Source: Squalus acanthias (lineage: Eukaryota). Taken from it: a stretch of 64,000 bases of DNA. Under the pieces are notes generated by a model. It worked only from the letters and a program-made list of their open reading frames with translations, was not told where the DNA came from and did not search any database. A program made the position numbers and the translations under genes. Location of the stretch: contig CM059432.1 in the NCBI GenBank assembly GCA_030390025.1, positions 145,516,001-145,580,000 of the forward strand, given 5' to 3'. This document shows positions 13,301 to 26,832 of the stretch, piece after piece (within the stretch, counting starts at the first letter, position 1; each line of letters starts with the position of its first letter).

Positions 13301-14215
13301 TAGTATTCATTTACTTATTAAATTTTTATGATGTACTTTTCAGAGATGAATCATAGACTATATGGTGCCCCTGTTTCTACTGAGTATTTGCTACATGCTA
13401 GAGGCTATCTTTGGAGCACGGTCGCTGTAATGATTGTATCAGTGGAATTTACTTTCAGAGATTAAAGGCTCTATTTATGTAATTGTCAAGGTATTTCTAT
13501 ATTCCTGGGCCATGACACAAAAAAGTCTGTAATTAATCTTTGAAAACAAATTCCACCTGTACGAGTATTGGAGTTATTGTGCTCCATAAAATGTCTCTTA
13601 GCAGCCTGGAATGTCTACTCCACTATTTGCTGTGAGAAATGGGGATTTTATAGGGCACTCTGGAGTTTGGAAAATGCAATAATTTGAAGAAAAACTATAT
13701 GCACAACCTATAGGGCGATCTACAGTTATTATTTTCCTTTACTAATACGTACCAGCTCACCACATGGACTGCAGTGATTCACAAAGGCAGCTTACCACCA
13801 CCTTCTCAAGGGCAATTAGGATTGGGCAATAAATGCTGGCCTTGCCAGCGACGCCCACATCCTGTGACTGAATTAAACAAAAGTTATCTTATCCTTCAAC
13901 TTTTGAGTAGCTCCCCAAAGCAGTGCATTTCAGAGGGAGCCTGTTGAGTATATAAAAGATTAAAACTGAATTCAAAGTATTTAGACCAGTTTAGTCAATG
14001 CAAAGGAATTAGAAGCCATTCAATAAGTAACAATATAGAACTTATACTTGTCTGTTTTCCCTAATACAAAGATGAAGAACCTTAAAATGAATATAACTGA
14101 ATTGTCTGAATTTGCATTAAGTCAGCTGTTTACCTCATGAGTGTGGTGGTAATCATTTCAATGTCTGTAAAGTGTGAAGTATTGTCACTCACTTTTATTT
14201 CCCTATATTACCCAG

Positions 14216-14256
14216 GCATTGCAGAAGCTGATTTCTTTGGCTGAAAAAGTACAATT
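14216..14256 (+). pseudogene. VPS8: VPS8-like exon remnant (ALQKLISLAEKVQF), internally shortened
   Basis: CCCAG acceptor, GTAAGC donor, phase-2 end that joins the next exon in frame; resembles recalled ...RLIRMAEKAEF. Confidence 0.75.
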
Positions 14257-14761
14257 GTAAGCATTGATTAGAAAAAATTTAATCACATTGGAACATCACT
14301 ATACAGCACCACAGATCATGTGAGTTCTGAGTTCATAATCTGTCATCAGGCTGAGCAGCAGAGCCAGATTAAGAATTTTTGGGGCCCTGGATACTTCCCC
14401 CCCCCCCCTGCCACCCAGATCCATTAAAACACATGCATGTTTTACTGGGGCCCTATATTTGGCTGGGACCCCTTGGGCCCATGCGTTAATCTAGGAGGGA
14501 GAGTGGGTAAGGAAAATGGATGGGACAGCTCCACCAGGCCAGTTTTATAGACTTTCTGGCACCTTGCTAACATGCCATTGGCAAGAGGTACATGGGAGAG
14601 AATAATAGGGACAAGAACTTGGAGACGAGGGTAATGTACCATCATAAAAGAGCACATGCTCTTGTGGAGAGGGGAGGTTAATAAAAATCTGAATGACCAT
14701 TTTCATCCATTTTTGCTAAAATGTTGTTTGGTCTAACTTAATGCTGATATTGTTTCCCCAG

Positions 14762-14846
14762 CTATCAGGTGTGTGAATTTATATATAAAAGAAATTGGCT
14801 TTACAGCAAGATCATCATTTGTTACCTTAAAGATACTGCAAGAATG
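14762..14846 (+). pseudogene. VPS8: VPS8-like exon (YQVCEFIYKRNWLYSKIIICYLKDTARM)
   Basis: TTTCCCCAG acceptor, GTGAGT donor; resembles recalled YQICEFMYEREHQYDKIIDCYLRDPLRE. Confidence 0.88.
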
Positions 14847-15095
14847 GTGAGTTTGTGTTATTTAAATTCTAGTTATAAATATTGGAGCTAAAGAAGTGTT
14901 AATGTGACATGGTTCAATAAGTGAATCATGTTATAAATTAAAATTCTGTATAAATATTTATAATTAATTTTAACACTTTAATGTGCAAAAGTCTGAAATA
15001 GTTATAAATTTTTCTATCCACAGCTGCAAATGTACAAGTATATCCGTGATGCATTGAGCACCACTGTGATGACTAAAGAGAAAATTTATTTTCAG

Positions 15096-15119
15096 GAGGA
15101 AATATTTAACCATATTTGT
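15096..15119 (+). pseudogene. VPS8: VPS8-like truncated exon (EEIFNHIC)
   Basis: TTTTCAG acceptor, GTAAGG donor; resembles the start of recalled EEVFNYIHNIL...; the remainder is absent. Confidence 0.65.
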
Positions 15120-18100
15120 GTAAGGAATGTATCTCTAATTTCCTTCTCCAAAAACACAAATTTGATATTATGTAAATTAGAAGTGGTTTAGAGATTGTTG
15201 CTCGTTTTTTATATCCTACCAAAGTTAAGTGAGGACTGGAATCAATCTTAAAATGCCACTTCAAAATGTTTGCCTCATCATACTTTTTTATTAACTACAC
15301 ATCTACTTTCCTACCCCCGGCTATTCTGATGCATTGTTCCTACTGTCTGTTACCGTCCTCTGAAGATGCCAAATCTTGCATGATTTAAGCTCCTGCATAA
15401 TGTTATCTGTCTTCCTGCCATAGATTTCATGGGTCCAATGCCTGTGGACTCTGTGTTCAGGTGGACTGCTTCAATTCGCTCTGATAGAAAGTTAAAGAAA
15501 GAAAAGAAAGACTTGCATTTATGTAACGCCTTTCACGACCACCGGACATCTCAAAGCGCTTTACAGGCAATGAAGTACTTTTTAAAGTGGAATCACTGTT
15601 GTAATGTGGGAAACGTGGCAGCCAATTTGCGCACAGTTGTATTAAACTATTATTTCCGAAGTGAAAACTGATCATGCTCACTTCAAAACTAGTCCATGAT
15701 TGTTTTTTAAGAGGTTGAATTTTTGTTTTGTGAGGTAATAAACATGGATTTAAATTAAAACTCAAGATTACTAAAAGAAACAAGGTGATAAATAGATTGA
15801 AAGAAGGTTCCTGATTTTTGTTTCTCATGCCTGAGCTGTCAGATCTTTGTGTGTGAAGGTATTAACCTTACGGTAAAATAATTACATAAATGATTCACAG
15901 AAGAGAACAATAAATTGTTTTTCAATTGTGGTACAATCTTGGAGTTAAAAGCTTAGCAAGCAGTATAAAACAGTTTTACAGCTAGGCTAGCTTTTAATGT
16001 GTTCGTAGGAGTGGTGGAGTATTGGTTTTCCATTAACAGAATGGAGTATGAATCCTACCCTCGACTGTTATTTCAAACTCTACTACACCTTTGTGGGTGG
16101 AATTCCACTGAACTGCAAAATAGTGTGTAAAATGGTGGCTAAACAAAATATTAAGTAGGGATACTTAGGAACACAAGAACAAGTCACAGAGTAGAAAAGG
16201 CTATTAGGTCCATAAAGATCATAAAGGCTTGAGTAGTCCAACTCATCCAGGCAAGCATTCAGTTACATTTTGAACTTCCCTAATGCATTTAATTCCACGA
16301 CTATATAAAAAAAAACTTGCTTGTCCCCTGACTCCACCTCCTTTTGGCCAATAACCAAAAATGCTAGCAACAATAGAGAAGTCTGTAGGATCTGTTTCTG
16401 CCCTACTCTCCTAGCTGAAGGAACACATGGAGACAACAAGTGGAGCTTTGACTGGAAGGAATGTAAAGTAAATAAAAGTGCTTTAGCCAGAAAGAGTGCG
16501 TCATATCCGGTGGGCTTTAGAGGATCATTAGTTGTATGAATTGTGGTGAAAAATAATGAGTTATTTGGAATTCACTGATGGTAAGAAATGATGTTGGGAG
16601 ACTGAATGCCACAGTGGTTGGAGTACTTGCTTGGGACCTGAACTTGAATTCAACCCATGCTTAAAGATTAAATTCTCCTCCCTGACTGCAAGAGCAGAAT
16701 ATAAAATTAGCTGGGCAGTTTCAATGTAGCTTCATCTGTGCAGGACATAAGAAAACAAAACTGTTATAGGTAGGTGTGGTAGGTTTCATTCCCACAAATG
16801 CATTAGTGAGCCAGCTGGGTTGTAACAACAATCCAGCAGCTTTCATGGTAATTTTTATGGAGCCACTAATTCCCAGGTTATTTAATTAAGTTTCACAGCA
16901 TGATGTGAGATTTCAACTTGTGATCTCTGGGTTGCCAGTCTAGTACAGTATCCACTCGGCTACTGTAGGCTCCAGAAAGAGGTGGGGGGGAATTTTCCAG
17001 GGGTCAGCGGGTGGGATCGGTGGCGGGTTGTGTGGGAAAGTGTTTTTTGTTTGACAGCGGGTCGGGACCCCACTGTCAACCCGCCACCACGCGCCTTTCC
17101 CAATGTCGGGTCTGTCAGCGCTGATCAGACCCAACAGGCAGCGACGGGGGACCCAATTAATCTCATTGTTGCCTTGTTGACAGATCATTAACAGGCTTTT
17201 TTTAACTTACCTTTTCACTTTAACTTCATGGCCATAGGAACCACGCTGTTCCAGGACCATGGCTATCAAACTGAGGCGGGAGTGCAGTGGCCATTGCTTC
17301 AGCTGATTACTTGACAGCTTCAAATGTACAGTAACAGCTCCCACCTGACAGATCTTCACTTTCCTCAGCCACAAGCTGTTTATCAGTCCATTTCCAGCAC
17401 AGATTCTGCAGGCTTTCCACTCTCTATCCAGTATCACCTCTTTGGAAGAACTCTCTCACCATTGACAGAATGCTTCTGTCATCTGTACTTCACCTGCCAT
17501 CTATTCCATCAACATGGGTGCCCTTTATACTGTCTCACCTTGGTCCTCACAATCTGACCATGATCAGCCCCAACACCACCAGCACCAGGCACACCAGCAG
17601 CACCAACAACAACACCAACCTTCTCCACACTCACCTGATGCTGCACAGGACAGAGGGCATTAGCACCTGACCACATTGCTGCCCGGGAGGCCAAGGATGG
17701 CCTCACCATGGCCAGATTTACTTCACTTGATGCTGTACTTCCAGGCTACCACATGATGCGCCAGGTTGGCACTACCCCACACCAACACCATAAAGCATCC
17801 CTACAATGTCCAAGCCATTCCTTTCACACTCACCACCATTGCGGGGGGGATACCGTTATGTTTCACCATTCACTGCAACTCACTAAGCCACTTCCAACGA
17901 TGCACACAAATCTGTCCAAGAACGCAAAGTGTTTTTAAAAATAAAGGCTTCACTGTTTGATATCACATTAACAGAAACTTTACATGAACATGGGATAAAA
18001 CACCCAAGTGGCTACGCTTGTGTGTTGTTAGTTGGTATGATTGCACTAGGATGAGGGTGAGTGTGAAGGGTGGCTAGTGAGATGGGGATATGATAATGTT

Positions 18101-20380
18101 GTTCTTCTCTTCTTAAGCAGTCCCTCGGAACCGAGGATGACTTGCTTCCACACTAAAAATGAGTTCTCAGGTGACTGATGAGTCCCATGCGGGACCTACA
18201 GTCTCTGTCACAGGTGGGGCAGACGGTGGTTGAAGGGGCGGGTGGGTGGGGTGCTGGGTTGACGTGCGCTCCTTCTGCTTTGCTTCCGCTTGCTCCCGGC
18301 GAAGAGACTTGAGGTGTTCGGCACCTTCCCGGATGCTTCTCCACTTTGTGCGGTCTTGGGCCAGGGTTTCCCAGGTGTCGGTGGGGATGTTGCACTTTTT
18401 CAAGGAGGCTTTGAGGGTGTCCTTGAAGCATTTCCTCTGCCCGCCTGGGGCTCTCTTGCCGTGTCAGAGCTCCAAGTAGAGTGCTTGTTTTGGGAGTCTC
18501 GTATCGGGCATGCGGACGATGTGGCCCATCCATCGGAGCTAATCGAGCGTGGTCAAAGCTTCGATGCTGGGAATGTTGGCCTGAGCGAGAACATTGACGT
18601 TGGTGCGCCTATCTTGCCAATGGATTTGCAGGATCTTGCGGAGGCAGTGTTGGTGGTACCTCTCCAGTGCTTTGAGGTGCCTGCTGTACATGGTCCATGT
18701 CTCTGAAGCATACAGGAGGGCGGGTATCACTACTGCTCTGTAGACCATGAGCTTGGTGCTGGGTTTGAGGTCCTGGTCTTCAAACACTCTCTTCCTCAGG
18801 CGACCGAAGGCTGCACTGGCACACTGAAGGCGGTGTTGGACTTCGTCATCGACGACTGCCCTTGTTGACAGTAGGTTCCCGAGGTATGGAAAGTGGTCCA
18901 CGTTGTCCAAGGCCTCGTCATGGATTTTGATGATCGTGGAGCAGTACTGTGTGGCGGGGGCAGGTTGGTAGAGGACCTTTGTCTTACGGATGTTTGGTGT
19001 AAGGCCCATGTTCTCGTACGCTTCGGTGAAGGTGTTGACGATGGTTTGGAGTTCGATGTCAGAGTGTGCGCAGACGCAAGCGTCATCTGCATACTGTAAT
19101 TCGATGACAGAGGATGGGACGACCTTGGATCTGGACCGGAGGCGACGGAGGTTAAACAGTTTCCCGTTTGTTCTGTAGATTAGCTCCACTCCAGCGGGGA
19201 GCTTACTGAGGGTGAGATGGAGCATTGCAGCAAGGAAGATCGAGAAGAGTGTTGGTGCGATGACACAGCCTTGCTTGACCCTGGTTCGTACGTGAATTGG
19301 GTCTGTGGTGGAACCGTTGGTCAGGATCACGGCTTGCATGTTGTCGTGAAGCAGGCGGAGGATGGTGACAAACTTTTGAGGGCAGCCGAATTTGAGGAGG
19401 ACACTCCATAATCCCTCACGGTTGATGGTGTTGAAGGCTTTTGTGAGGTCAAAGAAAGCCATGTACAGTGGTTGGTGCTGTTCCCTGCATTTCTCTTGTA
19501 GTTGACGCGCGGTGAAGATCATGTCCATTGTGCCCCTTGATCATGTCCGCATTGCGACTCTGGGAGGAGCTCTTCAGCCACTGGGAGAAGGCGATTGAGG
19601 AGGATTCTTGCGATGACTTTCCCTGTGGCAGACAGCAGGGAGACTCCTCTGTAATTACTGCAATCGGACTTGTCACCTTTCTTGAAGATGGTCATGATTA
19701 CGGCATCTCTGAGATCCCCTGGCATGCTCACCTCCTTCCAAATAATAGAAATGAGTGAATGTATTCGCACCAATAGTGCTTCTCCGCCATGTTTTAGCGC
19801 CTCGGCGGGGATTCCATCTGCTCCTGATGCCTTGCTGTTCATCAGTTGTTGGATGGCCTTTTCAACCTCATGCCGGGCTGGGGTTGTGCTGAGGTGGTGG
19901 CGGGCAGCATGCTGCGGGATGGAGTTGAGGACACTTGCGTCGAAGACAGAGGGCTGGATTTTCAATGACCCGTGGAGTCAGGTTTGGAGGCGTGTGGGGG
20001 GTTAAAGTTGCAGATTCGGGGGTCCCGACCCCATCCCGCCTCCAACCCGCCTCCACGCAATTTTGATAAAGTCGTGTGCGGTGTTCCCGACTCCGTCCCG
20101 CCTCCAAGAGGTGAGAGAGGTCATTAAAGCCCTTAACAAGCCCTAAATTGGCTCTGTAATGCCATTTTGAAACGTTTTAGCTAGTTTAACCCTTTTCTGA
20201 CATGAAGCACGCCTGATGTGAAACACGCCAGTGAAACCTGGCGGGAGCACAAGTGGATAGCTGACTATCGGCTGCAGGTCCACTATTACAACGGAGATGT
20301 GATGAAGGTAGTAGTATTAGGTCTGAAATTGAATGTCTTCAGAGACTGCTGGGGCCTTTGGAGGACCTGGATGGAAGAAA

Positions 20381-20423
<43 letters not shown>

Positions 20424-21770
20424 TCTCCCCCCAGGTCCTCTCACAGCAAAGGCCAGGCAGTCTCTGAGACCAGGCATTCTCTGACCTGCAATGATGACAT
20501 CATCAGAGGCGACTTTCAGACTGAAACCACTAATTGGTTCATGGGTGCCCACATGCTGGAACTCAATTGCCCAATTAATTGAAAATTGCATCAATCTCCC
20601 ACATCCAATTTCAGGCGGGTGGATAACACGAAATGCAGATGACACGACCCCAACCCGCCCCAGTATCAAAATCCAACCCTTTACGTCTGCCTGTCTGTAT
20701 GTCTGACACACACTTTCTTTTTTCCCTCACTTGTCTTTTTTTACCTTTTGAATATTCTGTCATGTTTTGTTCCTTTGACTCATTATTTTCATGCAAGTCC
20801 ACACCTTCTGATTTGCTATTTTAATGCACTTACATTAACATTTCCCAGCCCAGCTTTGAGGCCACACTTCAAGAGGATATATGGGTCAGTTGGGTCCAGG
20901 AGAGGAGAAAGGGTAAGTGTACCATAACCGTAGTGTACTGTTCTGTTCAGAGATGACACAAAGATACTAAATTAATTTGCAGTACACAATTATGTGAGCA
21001 AATGCAGTTGCACTTTGCTTGTGGATCTTCCTGTGAGAAATGAGACGAGCTTTTTTTTTTGGTGGTGGTTGACAACAGAGGGACATTTGAAGAACTCCCT
21101 GCTCTTCAAATAAATCATTTATCTACATCAGTGTTTACTGACAGATTTTTGACAGGAAATCCTGAGCCAGCATTGTGGTTTAGCTTTTTGAAAAATAAAT
21201 ACAAAGAATTTGCATTTATATAGTGCCTTATGTCTCCAAGGATGTCCAAAACACTTCACAGTCAATGAATTACTTTTGGAGTGCAGTCATATTATGTAGG
21301 CAAATGCAACAGCCATTTTGCACACACCATGATCCTACAAACTGCAATGAAATGAATAACTAGTTAAATTATTTTTGGTTTGGAGTTGGTTGAGAGAGGA
21401 ATGTTGGCCAGGATACCAGAACTCACTGCTCTTCAAATAGTTCTATGAAATCTTTAACATTAACCCAACAGACAAGGTTTCAGTTTAATATCTCATTCCA
21501 AGCACAAACACAAATGGGTCCCATTTTCACTGACCATTAGCAGGAGTGGATAAGGAAATACACATGGTCATTGAGCATACCCTAATAAATATCTAGACAA
21601 AGTGAAGCACTTGTCAATAAGGCAAGTGGAGTACTGCATTGCATTTGGGTATCACAAGACTGAAAGGCAGAAGCTAAAAGGACATTGTGTACATTACTGG
21701 CATTTCCAATTCCACGGAGCATGCGAGAGTGAGAGAGAAATAGTTTAAACTTTTACTTTCTAAACACTTT

Positions 21771-23295
21771 GGGCTGAATTTTATCGGCCCTCAGAGGGCG
21801 GGTTTGGAGGCATGTCCGCTGTCAAAATAGTAAAGATTGACAGCGATACAAAAGCAAAATACTGCGGATGCTGGAAATCTGAAATAAAAACAGAAAATGC
21901 TGGAAATACTCAGCAGGTCAGGCAGCATCTGTGGAGCGAGAAACAGAGTTAACGTTTCAGGTCGATGACCCTTCGTCAGAACTAGAAAAAGCTGGAGATC
22001 GAACAGGTTTTTAAGCAAGTGTAGGGGCAGGGAAAGGGGGGAGGGGAGGAAAGAACAAAAGGGAAGGTCTGTGATAGGATGGAAGGCAGGAGGGATTAAG
22101 AGATGGTGCAAGGCAAAAGGAGATGGTAATGGGACAAGTTAAGAAACAAAAGATGACTCTAGATGAAGTGTAAATGGCACTGGCAGAATGAAAGACAGCT
22201 GCCATGTGGGAGAGAGAAAAATAAAATAAAATAAATGGGGAAAAAAAAGGGATGGGGCAGTGGTCATGGTCTGAAATTGTTGAACTCTATGTTGAGTCCA
22301 GAAGGCTGTAAAGTGCCTAATCAAAAGATGAGGTGCTGTTCCTCGAGCTTACGTTGAGCTTCATTGGAACAGTGTAAGATTGACAGTGGGTAGGGAACCC
22401 GTTGTCAACCCATCTCCACGCGAGTCTCCCAGGTGTCGGGTCTGTCGACACTGAACAGACCCGACACCAAGCGGCGGGGGAGGCAATTCACATCATTAAG
22501 TGGGTTGTTAACATCTAATTAACTGTTATTTTAAGCCTACATTTCAATTTTACGTGCTCCCCCACGGGTTACCCGCTGCTCGGGGAACATGTCAGCTCAG
22601 CATGTCGTGAGTGGATTCAGCATTGAATTATCTCGTGACCTGACAGCTGCCAAAGTTGTATGAAAGATCCCATGTTACAGCTGTTCACTTTCAAAGCTCA
22701 GAAACTGTTGGTTACTGCATTTGGAAGACATATTGAGCTTTCTGCAGCTTGCAAGTGTGTGGAGCCAACTCTCTATCCAGTGCCACCTCATTGGAACAAC
22801 CTCTCTCACCATTGACAGATCGCTTCTGTCATCTCAACCTCACCTGCCATCTATTCCATCAGCATCGGTGCCCTTGAAAATATTTCAACTTGGTCCTCAG
22901 AATCGCACCAAGATCAGCCCCAACACCAGCATCACCGGGCACACCAGCCTTCTCCGCAATCAACTGATGTTGCACAGGACACAGGGCATCAGCACCCGAC
23001 CACATTGCTGCCCAGGACGCCAGGGATGGCCTAACCATGGCCAGATTTACTTCACTTGATGCTGTACACCCTGGATGCCAAATGATGTGCCAGGTTGGCA
23101 CCACCCCATACCAACACCATATGACATCATCAGACCCGCTTCCTTTTAATTGTCCGGGAACCTCACAGGGCGGGCTTAACAAGCCCAATCAACGTAAAAT
23201 CACTTGGAGAGTGTGGGCTGCAGTAGGCAGCGGGCTGGGACCGTGACACCGACCCTGGCCGCCCCGGACCTGCTTCGGTCGGTGAAACCGTGGCC
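21771..23295. mobile_element. Harbinger-derived non-autonomous element in the cargo, interrupted by a Penelope-type fragment (~21847-22375); twin at ~53783-55417
   Basis: Ends GGGCTGAATTTT / AAACCGTGGCC; internal similarity to 16984-17780 (MARFTSLDAV); aagattgacag duplicated around the insert. Confidence 0.7.
21947..21983 (-). ncRNA. Minimal hammerhead ribozyme motif (duplicate of 55205-55241)
   Basis: Minus strand AGTT-CTGACGA-AGGGTC(ATC)GACCT-GAAACGTTA-ACT. Confidence 0.7.
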
Positions 23296-24702
23296 TTTGT
23301 ATGAGTCACAATTTTCAAAAAGCTTTACTGTATAAAAGCTGCTCCTATTATTAAGCCTTTACTTTAGGCCACAGCTACAAAGAATTCTTCATCAGAAATT
23401 TAAAGGGTACAAATCAGCATTTTGGGTTTGATAGTCATTCTTAATTGCAGAGCTAAACAGTTTACAGTGCGAGCTGGTTTATGTGCCCAGTCTTCACAGT
23501 TACACACCCATCCCGTGAGAAAGGATATATTGGGGCAGATTTTGCGGTGGGTAGGACGGCGTACTCACAGACTTTGAATTTGGCCGCAAATTCTGGATTT
23601 CCGCATGCGCTTGCGCTAAAACCTGAACTTGCGATCTGTCAAGGTATGCCATGACAAATGATCTGCACCGATGGGGAAATACTCATTGCTGGCACAGAGC
23701 TGGGCTAATTGCCCATCAACTGCCCAGCAATTTAGTCTGAAAATGTTACAGTTAGTGAAAGTAGGCGTAGGAGCCTGTTTCACTGTGAAAGGAACCCATT
23801 TGTATTGAACATTGAGAGTAATGCAACTTTTACCCTAAAATGTGCAAAATCCGTACCTAGTGGCAACATTTAGAAACATTAAAAATATAAAATATGACAA
23901 TTAATATTTAAAATTATCAATGTTTTCTGCACTCCAATTGTATGATCAAAAACTGGGCATTCGGCACAGATCATTTATACTTCCTCCAAATGTATGAAAT
24001 AAAACCATTTTGCTATTTAATTATTTTATATAATACATTTAAAGCTGCCCCACAGCTGGTGTGCTACATGCATGGTGTATAGTAAATCAAAAAGATCATT
24101 GCCAACGCCTTTCAGCGCTGTTGAATCGCAATCCGTCGTAAAGTTATTGCTACATTTTAATATCTTTTCTCACTAATGGACCTTTGACAGGATACTAAAT
24201 GCTCGCCTTAAAAGAATTTAAAAAACTTAGCTGATTCCCAAGTGATAGAAACTGTTTTAATCTCAATAGAAGGTTGAACAGCTAAATGATTTATTTCACT
24301 TTAGTAAACGGTCAAAGGATGAGAATCTTTCCATGGACCTCAAATTATCATTTTTAACTTTCAAGTGGAAAACTGATGCCAAATTTATGTTGGTATTTTG
24401 TTACATAATTTTAACAAAATGCTGATATATGAAATAAGTCCAAGTACCAGTTTAATTAAAAGTTTTTAAAATGTAATTTCAATGGAAGAGACTGAAAGAA
24501 GTTTCTGTGGGCATGGCTCAGTTTTGACAGATTTTGTGGACGTGTCTTCCCTTACGCATAGGCAGTATGGTGCACTCCTGGCCTTCGTGATGTAATGCGC
24601 TGCGCACAACTCTGCAGTGCCGAACAGCAAGTCTACATGTGGGGCCTCGCACAAGGCATTGAGACTGCCTGGGAGGGCTTGGTTGCAAAAAAATTCTCAT
24701 TC

Positions 24703-24734
<32 letters not shown>

Positions 24735-26716
24735 CTGAGATGCTGCTCATTTTGTATCCAGGTCCTCTCACAGCAAAGGCCAGGCAATCGCTGAGACCAG
24801 GCCAGGCAATCTCTGACCTACAATGATGACATCATCAGAGGCGACTTTCAGATTGAAACCACTAATTGGTCCATGGGTTCCCACATGCTGGAACTCAATT
24901 GCCCAATTAAGTGAAAATTGCATCAATCTCCCACATCCAATTTCAGGCGGGTGGATAACACAAAATGCGGATGACACAACCCCAAGACAGAATCCAGCCC
25001 AGAGTCTCAGTTAAGGAGATCTTCGAAGTGCTCCTTCCAGCGGGCACTGACTGCCTCTTTGTCCTTGATGAGGACCTCTCCGTTCTTGGCCCGCAGTGGG
25101 GTAGGACCTTGGGTGCTTGGGCAGTAGGTGGTCTTGACTGTGCTAAAGAATCCACGCACATCATGGTTGTCGGCTAGCTGCTGGATCTCCTGCGCTTTCT
25201 CCACCCACCATCTGTTCTTTAGGTCGCGAGTTTTTTGTTGGACCTCGGCCTTCAGGTGTCTGTAGAGCTGCTTTCTTGCTCTCGAGTTCTGTTGCTGTTT
25301 CCAGATCAGGAATGCCTTGCGCTTGCGGCTTATTAGCTCCTGGATCACCTGGTCGTTCTCGTCGAACCAGTCTTGGTGCTTCCTGGTTGAGTGACCAAGC
25401 GTCTCTTCACAGGTGCTGATTATGGAGGCCTTGAGTGCAGACCAGGCGCAGTGGACACTCTGAGTCTCTGAATCACTGGGAGTCGTCAGGTTGGTTGTGA
25501 GGCGCAGGCTGAATAGGGCTTTCTTAGCAGGGTCTTTGTGTGCTCCAGCATTGATTTTCCTGCGGCATTGCTTCTGTTGCCGACGCTGTTTTGGGGCTAC
25601 GTTGATGGAGATGACAGAGCGGATTAGGCGGTGGTCTCTCCAGCAGTTGTCAGCTCCTGTCATGGCGCGGGTGATGCGGACGTCCTTGCGGTCCCTTGCT
25701 CGGACGATGACGTAGTCCAACAGATGCCAGTGCTTGGAGCGAGGGTGTTGCCATGAAGCCTTGTACTTGTCTCTCTGACTGTTGGTTATGACAAGGCCAT
25801 GTTCTAAGCATTTCGACAGGAGGAGGGTACCGTTGGAGTTGGCTTTCCCTGCCCACTCTCTGACGACTACACCTCCCCAGAGGTCTGTGTCCTTTCCAAC
25901 TCTGGCGTTAAAGTCGCCAAGGAGGTTCAGCTTGTCGCCCATTGGACTCAGGACAGGGATTGCTCGAGGCTGGAGTAGAATTCCTCTTTGGTCTCGTCTG
26001 TGGCTTCCAGTGTTGGGGCGTACGCACTGATGACCGTAGCGCACTGGTTCCGGGCTAAGGTGAGCCGTAGAGTCATGAGGCGTTCGTTTATTCCGCAAGG
26101 GGAGTCTCTGAGACGTTCAACTAGCTCATTTTTTATGGCGAAGCCTACCCCATGGAGGCGGCGTTCTTCTTCAGGTTTGCCTTTCCAGAAGAAGGCGTAA
26201 CCACCGCCTTGCTCCTTGAGCTGGCCTTCCCCTGCCCGCCGGGTCTTGCTTAGGGCGGCGATGTCTATGTCGAAACGTCTGAGCTCCCGGGCAACGATAG
26301 CAGTACGGCGTTCCGGTCTGTTGCTGTTGGGGTTGTCCATGAGGGTCCTGATGTTCCAGGTCCCGAACTTCATTTTAAAGGGTGGAAGAGGCCTGTCCTT
26401 GAATTCTTTTAACGTGGGGTTGCCGTTGCACACCAGCTACCACACGGGCTTGACAGAGCAAGGTCCTGGTCCAATGGCAAGGGGATCCAAGACGATTGGA
26501 GACCAGGCTCTGCTACATCGGCCTAGCGCACACACACAAACATACTCCTACTGTCCTCCTCCCTCCTTCCTGCAGGTCCTCTCTGCCTGGGTTTCATAGG
26601 CTGCAGTGTGGTCCTCCCGACCTCGCTGCTAGTCCATGCTGTGCCACTCCTGGGCCTCGACCTCGCTGCTGGGCTCGTCCTCGCTCCTGGGCCTTGTCCT
26701 CGCCCCTGGGCCTTAT

Positions 26717-26832
26717 CCCGCGGTGTCTCCTTCCAGTGAGTGTGTCCCGCGGTGTGTCTCCTTCCAGTGAGTGTGTCCCACCGTGTCTCCTTCCAGTGAG
26801 TGTGTCCCGCGGTGTCTCCTTCCAGTGAGTGT
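26717..26832 (-). repeat. Four ~29-bp tandem monomers at the RTE 5' terminus
   Basis: GTGTCTCCTTCCAGTGAGTGTG(TCCCGCG) x4, abutting the TSD. Confidence 0.9.

Larger units (their letters stand above)
20680..24658. repeat. Left arm of ~4-kb inverted duplication (captured copy)
   Basis: Reverse complement of 52404-56507 with scattered substitutions/indels; identical ORFs on opposite strands (22721..23059+ vs 54019..54357-). Confidence 0.97.
19951..25000. mobile_element. Composite Pack-like Harbinger/PIF unit: MITE (19951-20679) + 3,979-bp captured cargo (20680-24658) + 5'-truncated MITE (24659-25000)
   Basis: Outer TIRs GGGCTGGATT / AATCCAGCCC; 3-bp TSD AGA (19948-50, 25001-03); removal restores the RTE sequence seen intact at 10641-10690. 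Confidence 0.9.
18100..26832 (-). mobile_element. Full-length RTE-clade LINE (18100-19950 + 25001-26832), split by a Harbinger composite
   Basis: MKFGTWNIRTL start, APE endonuclease, YADD RT, (AAG)-type tail; 13-bp TSD GATATGATAATGT at 18087-18099 and 26833-26845. Confidence 0.95.

Noticed and set aside
13491..13530. Candidate remnant of the missing VPS8 exon (VLEFLCSP...)
   Set aside because: Similarity too weak to support by eye.
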